From a virus, in IMG/VR virus record IMGVR_UViG_3300045988_123082, positions 1 through 32,000 of that record: a stretch of 32,000 bases of DNA; one strand, 5' to 3'. The notes beneath the pieces are model-generated. The model saw nothing but the letters and a program-made list of their open reading frames with translations. It made no database searches and had not been told where the DNA came from. Below are positions 1-6,165 of this stretch, piece by piece. How positions within the stretch are numbered: position 1 is the first letter of the stretch; each line of letters starts with the position of its first letter. The position numbers and the translations under genes are program-made.

Positions 1-2
1 GA

Positions 3-428
3 AAGAAATTACTCGACATCAATAATGATTTAACTATTTGTTACTCATTAAAACTAGAACTTGTAGACTTCTATTCAAAATCTACAATCGACAATGCGAA
101 AGTAAATCTTGAAAATCTGATTCGCAGCTGCATTGATACAAACATTGAAGAAATGATCAAATTCTCCAATAATCTTATTAACTGGAAACAGGAGATCATC
201 AATTCATTTACGATTGTAGATACTGAATATAAAGTTGAGGCAGACAAAGGCCAGGTGGTGGTCTGCAATAAAAAAGTGAATAATGCGATCATTGAGAATC
301 GAAACAAGATTATCAAGTGTATCAAGAACAACGCCAATGGCTACACCAACTGGCTTCGCTTCCGCAATCGCGTAATGTATGTACTCGATTCAAACGCAAC
401 ATTCAGCCTGAAACCAAGGGAGAAATAA
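3..428 (+). CDS. ISL3-family (DDE_Tnp_ISL3-like) transposase, C-terminal part; the 5' end lies outside the window
   Basis: Frame 3 is open from nt 3 to TAA 426-428. The tail NNAIIENRNKIIKCIKNNANGYTNWLRFRNRVMYVL fits the conserved ISL3 C-terminus (SNGxxEGxNNKIKxIKRxxYGYRNFxxFRxRI). No terminal inverted repeat could be assigned. Confidence 0.6.
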   Translation, partial: KKLLDINNDLTICYSLKLELVDFYSKSTIDNAKVNLENLIRSCIDTNIEEMIKFSNNLINWKQEIINSFTIVDTEYKVEADKGQVVVCNKKVNNAIIENRNKIIKCIKNNANGYTNWLRFRNRVMYVLDSNATFSLKPREK

Positions 429-430
429 TC

Positions 431-592
431 ATGGATGCACAAGATATTATCGAATTGATCGAATACTTCAGAAATCTACAAGACAATGAAATGAAATTTG
501 AAATCGAAGAATTACGCGGATACATTGATATAAGATTCGAAGAATTATATGACAAGTTAACTGAATACATTGATTCAAATCACCCATTATAA
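431..592 (+). CDS. small hypothetical acidic protein (53 aa)
   Basis: ATG 431 lies 7 nt after GGGAGA (418-423) and directly after the transposase stop. The longer 317 start in the ORF track overlaps the transposase and has no RBS. Confidence 0.4.
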   Translation: MDAQDIIELIEYFRNLQDNEMKFEIEELRGYIDIRFEELYDKLTEYIDSNHPL

Positions 593-594
593 AA

Positions 595-620
595 GAGCAG
601 AGATTTAAACATCTCTGCTC
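595..620 (+). terminator. stem-loop after the small ORF
   Basis: GAGCAGAGAT (595-604), loop TTAAAC, ATCTCTGCTC (611-620): a perfect 10-bp stem. No clean T-tract follows. Confidence 0.4.
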
Positions 621-727
621 CCTAGTTAATAACCCTTTAAACACTCATAGGGTTTTCAACCCTACAATTCTTGAAGCCAACTTTTAGTCGACCCTATCTA
701 ATTGCGGATTACCCTTAAATTTCTAAA

Positions 728-803
728 TGGCGGTCCAGATGGGACTCGAACCCACGATCTCCTCCGTGACAGGGAGGCATGTTAACCACTACACCACTGG
801 ACC
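728..803 (-). tRNA. tRNA-Asp (anticodon GTC), CCA encoded
   Basis: The reverse complement GGTCCAGTGGTGTAGTGGTTAACATGCCTCCCTGTCACGGAGGAGATCGTGGGTTCGAGTCCCATCTGGACCGCCA folds as a cloverleaf. Acceptor GGTCCAG/CTGGACC; anticodon stem CCTCC/GGAGG with loop CTGTCAC; T-arm GTGGG-TTCGAGT-CCCAT. Confidence 0.95.
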
Positions 804-955
804 AATATTTAATTTTAAATGGAGCAGATGAGGGGATTATATAAATACCTCATATCTATTGATATTTGATGTTATTTACATCATTATCTACGTGTTTTGA
901 TAGCACTTTGTTGTTTTGTACCCCAAAATGTACCTCACTGCTTCACGCAAGAAAG

Positions 956-984
956 ATAATACAGTATAAACCATATTATGTCAA
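956..984 (-). promoter_or_regulatory. sigma-A type promoter pointing at tRNA-Asp
   Basis: Minus strand TTGACA (984-979), 17 nt, TATTAT (961-956), about 145 nt upstream of the mature tRNA 5' end and about 20 nt downstream of the endolysin stop. Confidence 0.45.
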
Positions 985-1006
985 ACAATTTTTTTATTTT
1001 TTTATT

Positions 1007-2083
1007 TTATTCAATTTCTGTTAATGGTGTTGGGTCAACCCAAACGCCACCAATCTTGACAATATTCTTTTGAACATTCACTGCATCGACTCTGATTCTA
1101 GATACATAGACTACTGCATTTGTGGTATGCAATACATTGTCATTATATCCGTCTGAATTAGGTACTTTGTCTACCATACGAATTGGAAACCAACCACCCA
1201 GTTTTGATAGATAGCAGCATAAATCATCGCCAATTTTCTTCAATCCTTGATTGCCAATTTTCATATGTACAGAAGTAACATAGCTGCCTTCGTGCAAGAT
1301 TTGGTCGATAGCTTCTGCGCTAGACTGTGTGGCGCCAACTGGCACATGAGGGTCTGTATCAATACCAGCATCATTAGTCCATCCAATCGCTACTCCATTA
1401 CGATCAACACGATATGGATATTTGGTTCCTTTAATTACTCTACCAATGACACCTGACCAATCACCTTTTTTAACTGTAGAAGTTCCGTAGCAATTCACAC
1501 TCAATGTGTTTGTACAGATAGGTAAATTAACTGAATATTTTTCTCCACTTGGAGTTGTAGGTTTTGGTGTTTCAACCTTTCCATCTAACTTTGCATTTAC
1601 TTCATTAGCCAATTGTGGCATACGTGCTTCCAACCATGCTCCAGGGCATGATGTAGCCGCAAACATTTTGTGCATAGTCAATGATCCGCTAGAATTTCCT
1701 GTATAGTTCAATCTAAATCCATATCGTTTACAAATATCAACACATAGATTCACCAAGCTATCCCAAGTAGCTTGCGTCATTTCTCCAGTTGCGTTATTAA
1801 TGTTTCCACATTCAATTGTAATTGATTGAGAATCATTCAACCAATTTGAACTTGTCCATGCAGCATTTTCTTCATCAACACTGCATGCAATGTCTCCATT
1901 AATTCCAATACAATAATTGGAAGATGCTTGACGAGTATTTCGTGCAAAATAATCTGCGCATTGTTTACCACTCCATGCCGCAGCCATGTAGTGTGGAGTG
2001 ATTTTACAAACCTTATATCCAAAACGACCATCATAATGTTGTGATGTTCTGTTACAATATGTTGCTAATCCGGAATACGACAT
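1007..2083 (-). CDS. endolysin: N-acetylmuramoyl-L-alanine amidase (Amidase_2/PGRP type) with a C-terminal wall-binding region
   Basis: The N-terminal 170 aa carry amidase_2-like blocks (ITPHYMAAAW, NYCIGINGDI, AWTSSNW, ITIECGN, LTMHKMFAATSCPG). It is the last gene after the holin. The C-terminal half looks like repeated SH3-like binding modules, but this is not certain. Confidence 0.85.
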   Translation of the reverse strand: MSYSGLATYCNRTSQHYDGRFGYKVCKITPHYMAAAWSGKQCADYFARNTRQASSNYCIGINGDIACSVDEENAAWTSSNWLNDSQSITIECGNINNATGEMTQATWDSLVNLCVDICKRYGFRLNYTGNSSGSLTMHKMFAATSCPGAWLEARMPQLANEVNAKLDGKVETPKPTTPSGEKYSVNLPICTNTLSVNCYGTSTVKKGDWSGVIGRVIKGTKYPYRVDRNGVAIGWTNDAGIDTDPHVPVGATQSSAEAIDQILHEGSYVTSVHMKIGNQGLKKIGDDLCCYLSKLGGWFPIRMVDKVPNSDGYNDNVLHTTNAVVYVSRIRVDAVNVQKNIVKIGGVWVDPTPLTEIE

Positions 2084-2178
2084 TCTTCATCTACACCTTC
2101 TTCCTTGCCATTGCTTAATTCTTCTTTTGCTTCTTCTGATAGATTCTCATAATCTACTACTTTTTCTTCATCATTCAT
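2065..2178 (-). CDS. mini-ORF, 37-aa highly acidic peptide between holin and endolysin
   Basis: It falls below the ORF-track size cut-off. ATG 2178 lies 7 nt after GGAGG (2190-2186). Translation is MNDEEKVVDYENLSEEAKEELSNGKEEGVDEECRIPD. The stop overlaps the endolysin start. Confidence 0.35.
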   Translation of the reverse strand: MNDEEKVVDYENLSEEAKEELSNGKEEGVDEECRIPD

Positions 2179-2180
2179 TA

Positions 2181-2402
2181 TTATTCCTCCGGTACACTAA
2201 TTTCAGGTAATCCGCCAATACTAGTCAGCAACGAGACGATGCCTGACAAAAACGCTGATGAAATTACAACTCGCCAATCAACAGCTTCCAATAATGCAGA
2301 TGCTCCAATAACACCAACAGCAGTTTGAGCAATTGTCTTTAATGCTCTGATACTTGCATAATAGCCATATTGAATCCACCATTCTTTACTATATTTTTTC
2401 AT
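2181..2402 (-). CDS. holin (Dp-1-type phage holin-like)
   Basis: 73 aa with two hydrophobic helices. The motif IRALKTIAQTAVGVIG...VDWRVV...LSGIVSLLTSIGGLPE is typical of this holin family. GGAGG lies 9 nt upstream, and the gene sits immediately 5' of the endolysin. Confidence 0.7.
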   Translation of the reverse strand: MKKYSKEWWIQYGYYASIRALKTIAQTAVGVIGASALLEAVDWRVVISSAFLSGIVSLLTSIGGLPEISVPEE

Positions 2403-2426
2403 TTACAAATACCTCCTATCCTAATA

Positions 2427-2460
2427 ATAGTATTTAAATCGTTTGTACACTGTACAAAAT
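2427..2460 (-). promoter_or_regulatory. lysis-cassette promoter with a 17-bp palindromic box
   Basis: TTTGTACA-C-TGTACAAA (2442-2458), a 10-nt gap, then minus-strand TACTAT (2432-2427). The 19-nt string TTTGTACACTGTACAAAAT is identical to 26164-26182. Confidence 0.55.
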
Positions 2461-2483
2461 AAAAGACCGTATTTAACGGCCTT
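2454..2483 (-). terminator. intrinsic terminator after gene 2482..2964
   Basis: Minus-strand RNA AAGGCCGU-UAAAU-ACGGUCUU (8 bp, one G-U pair) followed by UUAUUUUGU. It overlaps the stop codon. Confidence 0.6.
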
Positions 2484-2964
2484 ATTGATACATATTAAAC
2501 ATGTCTCGTATATGTGTCTTAATCATTGTTTTTTCTTCATCTGAATCAACGCATCCATGAATCATAGTTACGATTTGTTGCATACATTTCATAGTCTTAT
2601 CTAATTCACGATGAGACTTTTCTAAATCCATATCACCTTTTGTACGCTCATATTCTTCTTTGAACGCTTTATATTTTTTCAAATGTTCTGCAAGCTTATA
2701 AACAATATCTTCTGTTTCTGGATCATGAATATTATATCCATCATTATCTTCTTTTAATCTTGCGACAGTTGAAACTCCATCTTTTCCTATCTCAATTTGA
2801 TATTTATTTCTCATTGCTTCTATAGTTTCAATGTCTTTGATATTATCTAAAGCTTGAGATAATGCGTGGAAATAAGATTCTGCATATCCGTATTTCTCTA
2901 ACATGTTTACTGACTCATGCATTATCTTTTCATTAACTTCCATTGCTTTATGCATATTTTTCAC
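2482..2964 (-). CDS. hypothetical helical protein (160 aa)
   Basis: The ORF abuts the upstream gene (stop of 2965..3384 is adjacent to its start). No recognisable motif. Confidence 0.6.
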   Translation of the reverse strand: MKNMHKAMEVNEKIMHESVNMLEKYGYAESYFHALSQALDNIKDIETIEAMRNKYQIEIGKDGVSTVARLKEDNDGYNIHDPETEDIVYKLAEHLKKYKAFKEEYERTKGDMDLEKSHRELDKTMKCMQQIVTMIHGCVDSDEEKTMIKTHIRDMFNMYQ

Positions 2965-3384
2965 CTACGCAATCTTTTTAATGATGATATTTGCATTTTG
3001 AACAGATAGATCTAAACCACTGTTATTTGCTAATGCAATTGTATAAGATGCACCACATGGAACTTGAATTAGAGTGTCTCCACTTACATTTCCATACGCA
3101 CTTGCAGTTGCAACAGTATAAATAGATTGTGTTCCACCAATTGCTTCTCCATTTAGTTCAAGCACTAAAGAAGCTTGTCCTGCCGCTGCACTCGTAATAT
3201 CCGCAGTATAAGTTACTTCATAGATACCTGGCTTTGTTAGTGTAAACAATCCACTTCCTAGATCATGTGCCAACCATCCTTTACATGGACACTGGCATGA
3301 TTTGCTTCTTACACGATCTGTAGGAAACAATACATTATTTGAATTATCGACTGTCTGAACAGCCGTAGCAATACTATTAATCAT
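2965..3384 (-). CDS. small jelly-roll protein resembling the BclA C-terminal / C1q-TNF-like domain
   Basis: 139 aa. The pattern GIYEVTYTADI...ASLVLELNGEAIGGT...GDTLIQV..GASYTIALANNSG..LSVQNANIIIKKIA resembles BclA-C/C1q-type beta-sandwich domains. The fold call is made from memory. Confidence 0.5.
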   Translation of the reverse strand: MINSIATAVQTVDNSNNVLFPTDRVRSKSCQCPCKGWLAHDLGSGLFTLTKPGIYEVTYTADITSAAAGQASLVLELNGEAIGGTQSIYTVATASAYGNVSGDTLIQVPCGASYTIALANNSGLDLSVQNANIIIKKIA

Positions 3385-3400
3385 TTCTTTTATCCTCCTA

Positions 3401-3430
3401 TTAAAATAGGGATAGCCTTTCGACTATCCC
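3401..3430 (-). terminator. stem-loop / partial terminator in front of gene 2965..3384
   Basis: Minus-strand GGGAUAG-UCGAAAGG-CUAUCCC followed by UAUUUUAA, then AGGAGG of the next gene. A second small palindrome AGGCAATTGCCT lies just upstream. Confidence 0.45.
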
Positions 3431-3471
3431 GTTAAATCCAAAGGCAATTGCCTAATCACATATGTGCTAGA

Positions 3472-4095
3472 TTATAAGTTGTTGTAGCCATTACATCCAC
3501 ATCCGTTGTTGTAAGCGTAATATGGTGAACATGTAATGTAAGCTGGTTTTGGTGTTGGCTGCAAAGTATTAATGATATTTGCTGATTGTGCCTGTTGACT
3601 TAATTGGAAATTAGCCGTCAATAAATCACGGTCACGATCAGCTAAACGATCACGTAATTCTTGCATAGTATTTGCATTGATCAATGCACGTGTTGCTTCA
3701 CCTTCTGAATGAATTGCTGTTGTAATGTCACAAGTATTTTTGAAACTTTGAGCATTTACATTGTCAATTGCTCGTTGAGTGTTGCAGCAGCATTCTTGTT
3801 GCTGAGCTTGCAAGTTTTGAAGTCCTAACTGATTAGTATAGCGACTTTCTAATACATCACGTTGAGTTTGACAACCTGTTTGAGATACATTTGTGTTTGT
3901 GTTAAAAATGTCTCGTTTAATGAATTCTTCATTCAATAAAGAATCATTTGTTAGGTTTCCGTTGCCATAGCCTCCATATCCAAATAACACGAAGATTAGC
4001 AAGATCCAAATCCACCAACCTCCTCCGTCTCCAAAGCCGTCATTTCTTTCGGCTAAGTTGTAAGTTGGTTGAATTCCCATTCCGTTTTCCATCAT
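3472..4095 (-). CDS. membrane-anchored Q-rich coiled-coil protein with Cys clusters (207 aa)
   Basis: Gly/Trp-rich TM segment GGGWWIWILLIFVLFGYGGYG, a long Q/N-rich helical region, and 10 Cys including CCC and a CGCNGYNNL tail. Confidence 0.6.
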   Translation of the reverse strand: MMENGMGIQPTYNLAERNDGFGDGGGWWIWILLIFVLFGYGGYGNGNLTNDSLLNEEFIKRDIFNTNTNVSQTGCQTQRDVLESRYTNQLGLQNLQAQQQECCCNTQRAIDNVNAQSFKNTCDITTAIHSEGEATRALINANTMQELRDRLADRDRDLLTANFQLSQQAQSANIINTLQPTPKPAYITCSPYYAYNNGCGCNGYNNL

Positions 4096-4136
4096 ATATG
4101 TTCTCCTTTCTTTCTATAATAACGGTTTAGCCGTTG

Positions 4137-4379
4137 TTACCTGATTCCAAACTGTTTTGCCATTTGTTGCAGTTGTTGCTTTTGTTGTGGATTTAAATTA
4201 CCCATCATCTGATTTAAAATCATTTGTGGATTTTGGCCACTGTTCATAAGCATTTGAAATTGTTGAAATGCTTGTGGATTTTTCTGCGACAACATATTCA
4301 TTAACATTTGTTGGGGATTTCCCATATTCATCATATTCATTGGATTCATATTACCCATAATACTTTTTAAAGGATTCAT
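4137..4379 (-). CDS. Met/Asn/Gln/Pro-rich low-complexity protein (80 aa) with NPxxM repeats
   Basis: MNPLKSIMGNMNPMNMMNMGNPQQMLMNMLSQKNPQAFQQFQMLMNSGQNPQMILNQMMGNLNPQQ... The start overlaps the upstream stop (ATGA-type coupling at 4376-4379). Confidence 0.55.
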   Translation of the reverse strand: MNPLKSIMGNMNPMNMMNMGNPQQMLMNMLSQKNPQAFQQFQMLMNSGQNPQMILNQMMGNLNPQQKQQLQQMAKQFGIR

Positions 4380-4825
4380 TTTGTTTGTGCTCCTTTCTTT
4401 GGCTGTTCATTAGCTTGTTTTGGTGGTTTGCTTAATGCACATATCAAATCATCTAATTTCTTTTCGATTCCATTTACACGATTTTCTATACTGTTAGAAG
4501 CATCTTCCGTGATTTCTTCAAATTTAAATTTTTTAAATGTTCCATCTAAAGATTTCATATAAAAAATAGATTTATTGTTATCAAATAAAATCGTTGGTAA
4601 ATTTGCATTCGCAAAGTTTCTAGCTTCATTCTCATCATTCACCCATTTTCCATTAAAATCAAAATTACCTTGTTGTTGTGGTGTAATCTGATTATTAATA
4701 TTGATAGGTGGAATATTTGCATACTGTTGTACTTGCTGAATTTGTTGATCTATCATTTGTCTTTGCTGCATCAAACTGTCAATTCGTGCTTGTGCTGGAT
4801 TATAATTGTTATACATTTCAACCAC
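4376..4825 (-). CDS. hypothetical protein with a Q-rich N-terminus (149 aa)
   Basis: ATG 4825 is preceded by AAGAGGTGG. The N-terminal segment SLMQQRQMIDQQIQQVQQY is followed by a globular C-terminal part. Confidence 0.6.
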   Translation of the reverse strand: MVEMYNNYNPAQARIDSLMQQRQMIDQQIQQVQQYANIPPININNQITPQQQGNFDFNGKWVNDENEARNFANANLPTILFDNNKSIFYMKSLDGTFKKFKFEEITEDASNSIENRVNGIEKKLDDLICALSKPPKQANEQPKKGAQTK

Positions 4826-4842
4826 CTCTTTATTACGCTTTA

Positions 4843-4871
4843 ATTATATGGTTACGCAACAAATAATTTAA
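4843..4871 (-). promoter_or_regulatory. candidate promoter of the 4825->2482 cassette
   Basis: Perfect minus-strand TATAAT (4848-4843) with a weak -35 TTAAAT (4871-4866) at 17 nt, directly downstream of a terminator. Confidence 0.35.
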
Positions 4872-4894
4872 TACTCGAATAATACTCATAAAAT

Positions 4895-4931
4895 ACCCAA
4901 AATAAAATGAGCAACCATTATAGATTGCTCA
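4895..4931 (-). terminator. intrinsic terminator after the HTH gene
   Basis: Minus-strand UGAGCAA-(10 nt)-UUGCUCA followed by UUUUAUUUU. The stem overlaps the stop codon at 4918-4920. Confidence 0.55.
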
Positions 4932-5151
4932 CATATTTATCGAACATTTTTCTTGCTTTGCATACTCTGTTCCTTATGGTTTGTACTTCCATATGTAATG
5001 CATCTGCAATTTCGGTACATGACATATCATATACATATCTCATAATCAAAATCTGTTCATATTTCTTTCTTAATCCAACAGATTTGATAAGTATTAATGC
5101 ATCATTAGGACGTATCTCTTTTAATCTGTTAGCTTTGTTAATATAAACCAC
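4918..5151 (-). CDS. small sigma-70 region-4-like HTH DNA-binding protein (77 aa)
   Basis: LRKKYEQILIMRYVYDMSCTEIADALHMEVQTIRNRVCKARKMF matches the region 4.2 / YlxM-like HTH pattern. It is too short to be a complete sigma factor. Confidence 0.6.
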   Translation of the reverse strand: MVYINKANRLKEIRPNDALILIKSVGLRKKYEQILIMRYVYDMSCTEIADALHMEVQTIRNRVCKARKMFDKYVSNL

Positions 5152-5159
5152 CGCCTTAA

Positions 5160-5393
5160 TTAAATTCGTTGGTTTGAATTAGCTTCGCAAGAACAATTAT
5201 TCACATGATCATCTTTCCAATAACCACAACAAACAATAGTAGAATAAAGAACAATAATCACTAAAACCAATACTGTAATAATCGTTCTACTTGTTTTATA
5301 GTTTCTATCAATTAATTTTGAGCAAAAACCATAAATGTTATCTACTTTTTCTTCTACATTTTGAAGTTTCTTGTTTGCATCTTTAATATCCAT
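5160..5393 (-). CDS. small membrane protein, N-terminal coiled coil plus C-terminal TM (XhlA-like topology)
   Basis: 77 aa with TM segment TIITVLVLVIIVLYSTIVCCGY. Its position after xkdX parallels PBSX xhlA. The family call is tentative. Confidence 0.45.
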   Translation of the reverse strand: MDIKDANKKLQNVEEKVDNIYGFCSKLIDRNYKTSRTIITVLVLVIIVLYSTIVCCGYWKDDHVNNCSCEANSNQRI

Positions 5394-5676
5394 TTTTATT
5401 ACGATCCTCCAACGCTTCTACACGTTTAAACAAAGTAGTTATTTGTTCTTTTATTTGAGAAAGCTCCACTTCCATTGAATTGCTTCCTTTTTTAATTTCT
5501 GAAATTGAATCTTTAATATCACTTAAATCTGATTTAATATGTTCTAATTCATTCTTCAAAAATGCCATGTTGGATATTTGCTCTCCATCCATCTTACGTG
5601 TGCCACGATTATACGTAATAAATGCAATTACAAGCATGCATGCAGAAATAATAACACTAAGATATTCTCCACTCAT
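5383..5676 (-). CDS. small membrane protein, N-terminal TM plus coiled coil (BhlA/UviB-like topology)
   Basis: 97 aa with TM segment LSVIISACMLVIAFITY followed by heptad-rich helix. AGGTGA lies 7 nt upstream. The family call is tentative. Confidence 0.45.
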   Translation of the reverse strand: MSGEYLSVIISACMLVIAFITYNRGTRKMDGEQISNMAFLKNELEHIKSDLSDIKDSISEIKKGSNSMEVELSQIKEQITTLFKRVEALEDRNKNGY

Positions 5677-5687
5677 AAAAACATCAC

Positions 5688-5810
5688 CTATTTATTAACG
5701 ATAGAATTTTTTTGTTCTACACTAATCCATCCAATAGAAGCAAAAATTTCTAAATCATTATTTGTAAATAAACCTAATTCATAATACGATTTAATTAATT
5801 CATAACTCAT
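5688..5810 (-). CDS. XkdX-like small phage protein (40 aa)
   Basis: It falls below the ORF-track cut-off. MSYELIKSYYELGLFTNNDLEIFASIGWISVEQKNSIVNK matches the XkdX pattern (yy.lGl.t...v...v..gwIt.e). The start abuts the upstream stop. Confidence 0.6.
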   Translation of the reverse strand: MSYELIKSYYELGLFTNNDLEIFASIGWISVEQKNSIVNK

Positions 5811-5811
5811 A

Positions 5812-6156
5812 CTACTTCACCCCATTCATCTGAGCTTTTAACTGTGCGATTTGTAACATTAATTGTGCGTTAATCTTCTCTTGCTCAGTTGGCACTGCTT
5901 TTGGTTCTTCGATTGTTGGTTTGTCTCCTTCTGCAACCTCAATCACTTTACCTTCTACAAATTTGTAGTTATATCGACCTAATTCATCAACTAATCCTTT
6001 TTCTAGATACTGACTTTGAGCATGAGCGTATTTATCACCTTGTCCTTTGTCAATCTCTGTCATAGTTGACATTTCTTCTTCTGATAAGAAGATTTCTGAA
6101 TTAATAGATGTGATGTATCCATCTTGTAATGATACATATACTTTATATTCGTTCAT
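5812..6156 (-). CDS. XkdW-like protein
   Basis: 114 aa, immediately upstream of the XkdX-like gene, with a C-terminal coiled coil AQLMLQIAQLKAQ. Assignment rests on position and size only. Confidence 0.4.
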   Translation of the reverse strand: MNEYKVYVSLQDGYITSINSEIFLSEEEMSTMTEIDKGQGDKYAHAQSQYLEKGLVDELGRYNYKFVEGKVIEVAEGDKPTIEEPKAVPTEQEKINAQLMLQIAQLKAQMNGVK

Positions 6157-6165
6157 AGCTTCCTC

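Noticed and set aside
317-592. Long version of the small ORF downstream of the transposase
   Set aside because: The first 38 codons overlap the transposase C-terminus in another frame. The internal ATG 431 has a proper RBS, so the short form was kept.
728-803. tRNA-Asp as the phage attB site
   Set aside because: The orientation is wrong: the prophage is on the 5' side of the tRNA. No duplicate of the tRNA 3' segment is visible anywhere else in the window.
828-853. Hairpin ATGAGG-(14 nt)-CCTCAT between the tRNA and the endolysin
   Set aside because: It has no U-tract on either strand and lies within the putative tRNA leader. No function can be assigned.
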